Below, one piece after another: positions 59,256 through 64,000 of a stretch of 64,000 nt of DNA. Source of the DNA: Dimorphilus gyrociliatus (Eukaryota > Animalia > Annelida); the NCBI GenBank assembly GCA_904063045.1, contig CAJFCJ010000005.1, positions 2,406,002-2,470,001 on the forward strand, written 5' to 3'. Position 1 is the stretch's first letter, and each line of letters opens with the position of its first letter. Made by a program: the position numbers and the translations under genes. The notes under the pieces were generated by a model. The model was given only the letters and a program-made list of their open reading frames with translations, made no database searches and had not been told where the DNA came from.

Positions 59256-60626
59256 ATGGATGATTGTACCACCGATTGCCCGATATGTTTCAATGAGTTT
59301 TTGGATGGTTTAGTACCACGACAACTGCCTTGTAGTCTACACCATATTTTGTGTACTGATTGCCTTGTAAAGCTGGGGGAAGCAGCCTTAGAAAATGAGA
59401 GCAAATTTCTTTGTCCCCTCTGCCGTACTGAAATTTTATGGTCGTCAAGAGGAGCCGATGCTTTTGAGAAGGTATCTGTAAAAGATCTATTTTTTAAATT
59501 ATTTAGGAGAGAATTAGCTCACGAAAGAGTAAGGACGATAAAGGATGAAGAAGACGAATTAAAAATTTTAGATTCCGCCGCCAAACAATTGCATCTTCAA
59601 ATTGATAAACAAAGGACAAAATTAGGATTCAAATTGCAGAATTATCATCAAGAGAAAGCAATGGAATTGTTAACTTTAGAGAAGGAATTGGATTCTGTTT
59701 TAGAATCTACAGCTTCAACAAATGGAATAGATTTAACAGGATTAAGAAAAATGCTATCTATGAGATTGGAACAAATCACAAAAACCTCTTGTTCATTAAA
59801 AGTAAATTGTCAGAATGTGAATTTTGCAGAGATTAACTTATCAAATACGTTAGAGCCAATAAGCACTTATTCTAAACAGGTTAACTATTCACCAACAATT
59901 ATTCGTGGGAAGAAATGGTTCTTTATAATCACATCTTCGTCAATATTGAAAATTAGACCAGAGAAAATAATTGAATATCCTAATGATTGTCATATTTCGG
60001 AAGTGGCTAATTCAAGTACGAAAAATCTTTACGCTTTAAGATGTGAGTTTAATCAATACTGTCCTTTTAAGTGGAATGATATGGATGATTCGATTGTTGA
60101 AATTGAATTTTACGCTCCACTGATCGATAAGGATAAATCTTTCGGAGAGAGAACAGTCTGCTTTATTAAAGGAGTTGACTTAATATTATACGATACTAGC
60201 GACTGTATATTAAAAATAAAAGAATGTTTTTTCAAAGAACGCCCACTCTGTTTTAAAACAACGTCTAATGGCTTATTAATTGTTGTTTTAAATAGATTTA
60301 AAGTTGAATTTTGTCCAATTTCAAAGTTGAATGAAAAAGAAACATTTCACGGAAGTCCTATTCTATTCCGAGGTGTTGAAAAACTTTTTACAATTAAAAG
60401 TCTACTTAGAGATTTAAAAAGAGGATTTCGAATGTTAACAACAAAAGAATTAATTTATCTTATTAGTCCAAATATGAGATATACAAGAGTTTTTTCACAA
60501 GAGAACTTTCCTTCAGAAGGTAGATTAACTGATTTTTTAATGACAGAATCAATCTTTCATCTTTGTTTTGTTAGAAAAGTAAATAATTGTTTTGATTGCG
60601 TTGTTAAATGTTATCCAGTAGATTAA
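59256..60626 (+). CDS. RING-HC + coiled coil + beta-propeller-like protein (member 14)
   Basis: CPIC...LPCSLHHILCTDC...CPLC...WSSRGADAF; TIKSLLRDLKRGFRMLTTKELIYLI...ENFPSEG. Confidence 0.8.
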   Translation: MDDCTTDCPICFNEFLDGLVPRQLPCSLHHILCTDCLVKLGEAALENESKFLCPLCRTEILWSSRGADAFEKVSVKDLFFKLFRRELAHERVRTIKDEEDELKILDSAAKQLHLQIDKQRTKLGFKLQNYHQEKAMELLTLEKELDSVLESTASTNGIDLTGLRKMLSMRLEQITKTSCSLKVNCQNVNFAEINLSNTLEPISTYSKQVNYSPTIIRGKKWFFIITSSSILKIRPEKIIEYPNDCHISEVANSSTKNLYALRCEFNQYCPFKWNDMDDSIVEIEFYAPLIDKDKSFGERTVCFIKGVDLILYDTSDCILKIKECFFKERPLCFKTTSNGLLIVVLNRFKVEFCPISKLNEKETFHGSPILFRGVEKLFTIKSLLRDLKRGFRMLTTKELIYLISPNMRYTRVFSQENFPSEGRLTDFLMTESIFHLCFVRKVNNCFDCVVKCYPVD

Positions 60627-60941
60627 TAATTGTTTACAAATATATACAAACTAGTTTACAAACAACGATAGAATTTATTTGAATTAGTAAATAATTTTCA
60701 ATGTTTAAGTTAGTTTCCTCTTTCTAAACAAGCTACTAGTTTTTGAATATTCAATCAATTTTAATACTTAACCTTATCAGTTATCTTCAATTTTGTTATC
60801 TATTATTCGTAAATGTGTTTAATATTAGCAGTTAAAAAATCAATAGACTACACAACGAATTCATTCATATTAGGTATTTTCGCAGAGATTAAGGTGAAAT
60901 TACGGTAGGCTGTTTCAAAAATTTTACGTATCTACGCAAAA

Positions 60942-61890
60942 ATGACACAATTCAAGAAAACTTTTCCTATAAAGCAAGATGAGACATGTGAATTAAAAAA
61001 TGGCTATTCATACGATAACTATAAACCTTTTACACTGCAAAAAGAAGTTATTTTGAAACTTGATGCCCCAATTATTAAAATACGATCTTTTCCTACTGGA
61101 ATATACATTTTTTATGGTTTCTTACATAAAAATAAAACGGAATATTCCTATTTACAAAACAGATTTTTTGAAACAAAGATGAAAACTAGAAATACAATTT
61201 TACATGAGAGAAAATACTGTATAAATTATGAGTCAAAGGAGAATTTAAATGATATAAGTGGCCTTCATTCAATAGATGATATTTGTTTCTTGAACGATTT
61301 TAATTTTCTCACGAAATGTGAAATGAACAATTCCAATAATTCGTCAACAATTTGGACTACTAATGGTAGGTGGAGAAATTATCAATATAGATATCAATAA
61401 CTATATACTTTGCTTTGTAGGTTGCGTTACAGAATCTAGTATTTCTCTTGATTCTGGACCTTTTTTCTTATCCGAAGGAATAATCTATAGTGGATTTCAA
61501 CACGGTTTATATAAGTATTCTCTCAAAAATAGAGTAATTGATATGAAAAACTTTAAAAATACAGTAATCTGGTTAAATGAACATGGATCAATCTCAAAAT
61601 TATCGCCAAATGAAATATTTCCAAAAAAATTAAGCCTAGAATATAAAAAAGATGACGAGGGATTAGCTATTGTCATTTCTAAATTAAAGGAAGGATACGA
61701 TCTTCTCTTCGACAAACATAATATATATATTATATCTTCAAAAATAGATAACGTTATTGTTGTTCCACAGAAAAAAGCTTTTAAGAATTATTATGTGTTT
61801 GGTTATCGAAGCGAAGAAAAACATATTCTACTTGCTTTAATTAATCCTGCTGCTATAAATAGAATTTGTGTCAAATATTATATTATATAA
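60942..61890 (+). pseudogene. Propeller-only family copy with a frameshift (member 15)
   Basis: Two overlapping ORFs in different frames (shift near 61325). The second carries the family module AIVISKLKEGYDLLFDKHNIYII...QKKAFKNY. No RING or coiled coil upstream. Confidence 0.65.
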
Positions 61891-61975
61891 TCTTTTATTA
61901 ATTCTTGCTAATGTACAACTGTTACTCGTTATTTGTCCTTGTTGACAAGATTGTTCATTTAATAATAAAACAAAT

Positions 61976-63563
61976 AAAGTCAAGGCCTAAAATACCCGGA
62001 CACTGTAAATTTTGATAGGTCAATTTTGAAAACACCCCAAGAATGTTATCTTTGTTTTCAATTGGTTTTTTTGTCTAAATTTCCATGAAGAAAGAGTTAT
62101 ATTTATGTAATACTGACAAAAATTATAGAAAATTATCATATTTGTGAAAATTATTAGCAAAATTTTTTTATTAATTTTTATTGTTTTTTTCTTTATTTGG
62201 CCGTAAGTCCAAATTAACCGTACATCCGGATTACATCTGGTTTTGCGTTTAAATAGACGTCTTAAACTGACATTTTTTTCAACAAAATTAATTTTCAAAG
62301 TTAAGTTGATTACTTATTATCTATTTTACCTACTTTAGTTAATTTTTATATCATTTATTTCATTATGGCATGGGGAAAAGAGGTTAGGAACCTGGTAATT
62401 CAGAAATATGAAGAATTGGGGAAAGTAAGGGAAACTGCAAGGGCTTTGGGAATGGCATCATCTATAGTTAGCGACATTTTAAGGTATAAGCCACCCAAAC
62501 AAGAGAATAGGGGTCGTCCAAAGAGACTCACAGAAAGAGATGTAGCAAGAATGAATAGGATTATGAAGAGACTTAAAAGAAACAAGGAAAGGGTAACTGC
62601 TAGGAAGATTTTAAATGAATTAGAGGTAGATGTAGGCCTGAAGACAATTCAGAGAGAGTTGAAATTGCAAAATTTTCGTTATAAACGAATTCGACAAAGA
62701 GTTGATCTCACAAGCAATGACTGCAAAAGAAGGAAACAGTATTGTTTAAAAACTATTCGAGATAACTTAGATTGGTCAAGAGTCATATTTACGGATGAGG
62801 CAAGGTTTTCATTGAGTGGTCCTGACGACTTCAGGACCTGGACAAATGACAGGGAAAAAGAGATGAGATTAACAAAAAATATGGGCAGAGGTGGAGTAAT
62901 GGTTTGGGGACTGATAACCTCGGATGGTGTGTTTGAGGTATGGAGAGTAAGCAAAAGATTGAATGCCCAAAACTATGCTACATTTGTGGTCGAAGATGTT
63001 CTCCCAGTTATAGAAGAAATCTCAGATAAAATGGGGAGAGATTATATCTTCCAGCAGGATAATGCTGGGTGACATACTGCAAGAGTTACCAGCAGGGCAT
63101 CCAGGATGAACGGCATACATCCAATCGATTGGCCAGCTAAGAGCCCTGATCTTAGCCCAATAGAAAATGTGTGGCACCTGACCAAAAATTTGGTTTACGA
63201 TGGGGCACAATTCACATCAGAAGATGAACTATGGGAGAAAATTAAAAAATGCTCCTACGAACTTATAAACAAAAATCCTGACTTGCTACCAAATCTGTAT
63301 GCTGGAATGGGAGGGTAGGATCAGTACGTGCATTGAGAAAGAAGGTCACCAAATACAGAAGTAGTAAAAATATTAGTCCCCAAACCATTGTCCAGAATAA
63401 TGTGACTCACAGCCAAATAAGAAAAAAACTTATGAAAATATACACTACATAAAAATGAAAAAAATTATGTAAAAACTTATCTAAATACTATTTGATAGAA
63501 ATTTCTATGTAGATTTTTAATCTTCGGCCTATCAAAATTTACGGTATTTTAGACCTTCACTTT
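61976..63563 (+). mobile_element. Tc1/mariner DNA transposon (DD34E)
   Basis: Inverted repeats C(T/C)GTAAATTTTGATAGG at 62003-62019 and 63528-63544, with further inverted similarity outward to about 61976 and 63563; transposase inside. Confidence 0.88.
62365..63364 (+). pseudogene. Tc1 transposase with one premature stop and a C-terminal frameshift
   Basis: HTH GRPKRLT; FTDEARF; QQDNAG*HT...WPAKSPDLSPIENVW (D-34-E). TGA at 63070-63072; frameshift near 63315 restores RISTCIEKEGH. Confidence 0.88.
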
Positions 63564-63647
63564 GATCCTACTCTTGATTAGGTAGCAATCTTTAGTATTG
63601 AAGATAGCGACTCTTGTTAATTGTGTCTCGTACTCTGCGTACAAAAT

Positions 63648-64000
63648 ATGTATAAATGCCTGGTGTGTCAAACTCAATTGATTGAGAGAAATCTGAAGAT
63701 TTTACCGTGTAATCCTGATCATATTTTGTGTACAAGTTGTTTAACTAACATTTCCAAATATCTCTTATTAAAGGAGAATGATAAATTTGCGTGTCCGCAA
63801 TGCAAGATCAACGTTACCTGGCCATGTTCCGGAATAAACGCTTTCAGTTCAATGAAACAAATATTGATGGATAATGACAAAAATAAAACTAAAGTGGAAA
63901 ATGAGAATATTTATCTTGATCACAAAGGAAGTAAACATTTAGAAGAGTTAATGAAATCAATTTCAAATGAAATGACAATCGCAATTCAAAACATTGAATA
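63648..64000 (+). CDS. RING-HC family member 16 (truncated by window end)
   Basis: MYKCLVCQ...LPCNPDHILCTSC...CPQC...WPCSGINAF; frame open to the end of the window. Confidence 0.75.
   Translation, partial: MYKCLVCQTQLIERNLKILPCNPDHILCTSCLTNISKYLLLKENDKFACPQCKINVTWPCSGINAFSSMKQILMDNDKNKTKVENENIYLDHKGSKHLEELMKSISNEMTIAIQNIE

Noticed and set aside
63070-63072. In-frame TGA in the transposase as programmed readthrough or selenocysteine
   Set aside because: A second lesion (frameshift near 63315) indicates ordinary decay; no SECIS-like evidence.

Overview
AT-rich eukaryotic (animal) genomic DNA with short GT-AG introns (about 55-80 nt) and tight gene packing. The gene content (GRL101-type LDLa-LGR, F-type lectin, NACHT-LRR) suggests a compact-genome invertebrate, probably a lophotrochozoan; this is inference. 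The dominant feature is a 16-copy, highly diverged, apparently intronless gene family built as [RING-HC, present or absent] - coiled coil - degenerate NHL/beta-propeller-like domain with a conserved C-terminal module. It resembles TRIM-NHL proteins but has no B-box. Seven full-length copies lack the RING, five full-length copies have it, and four are truncated, broken or cut by the window edge. In the centre (25.3-43.4 kb) RING-bearing copies are interleaved with two tandem CD225/IFITM-like genes and a giant (about 2546 aa) NACHT-LRR receptor, together forming a candidate innate-immune/antiviral locus. Also present: a divergent ribosomal protein eL42 (RPL36A) gene lacking both methylated lysines, and a decayed duplicate of its first exon abutting an SLC16-like transporter; five identical tRNA-Gly(TCC) genes; an initiator-like tRNA-Met with elongator features; tRNA-Thr(AGT); an SLC5 transporter; two GPCRs; secreted PAN-, fibrinogen-like and F-lectin proteins; an intact ORF with an apparently catalytically dead Penelope-type GIY-YIG domain; an internally deleted BEL/Pao LTR element; and a Tc1 (DD34E) transposon. 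All domain calls come from manual motif reading, not database searches.
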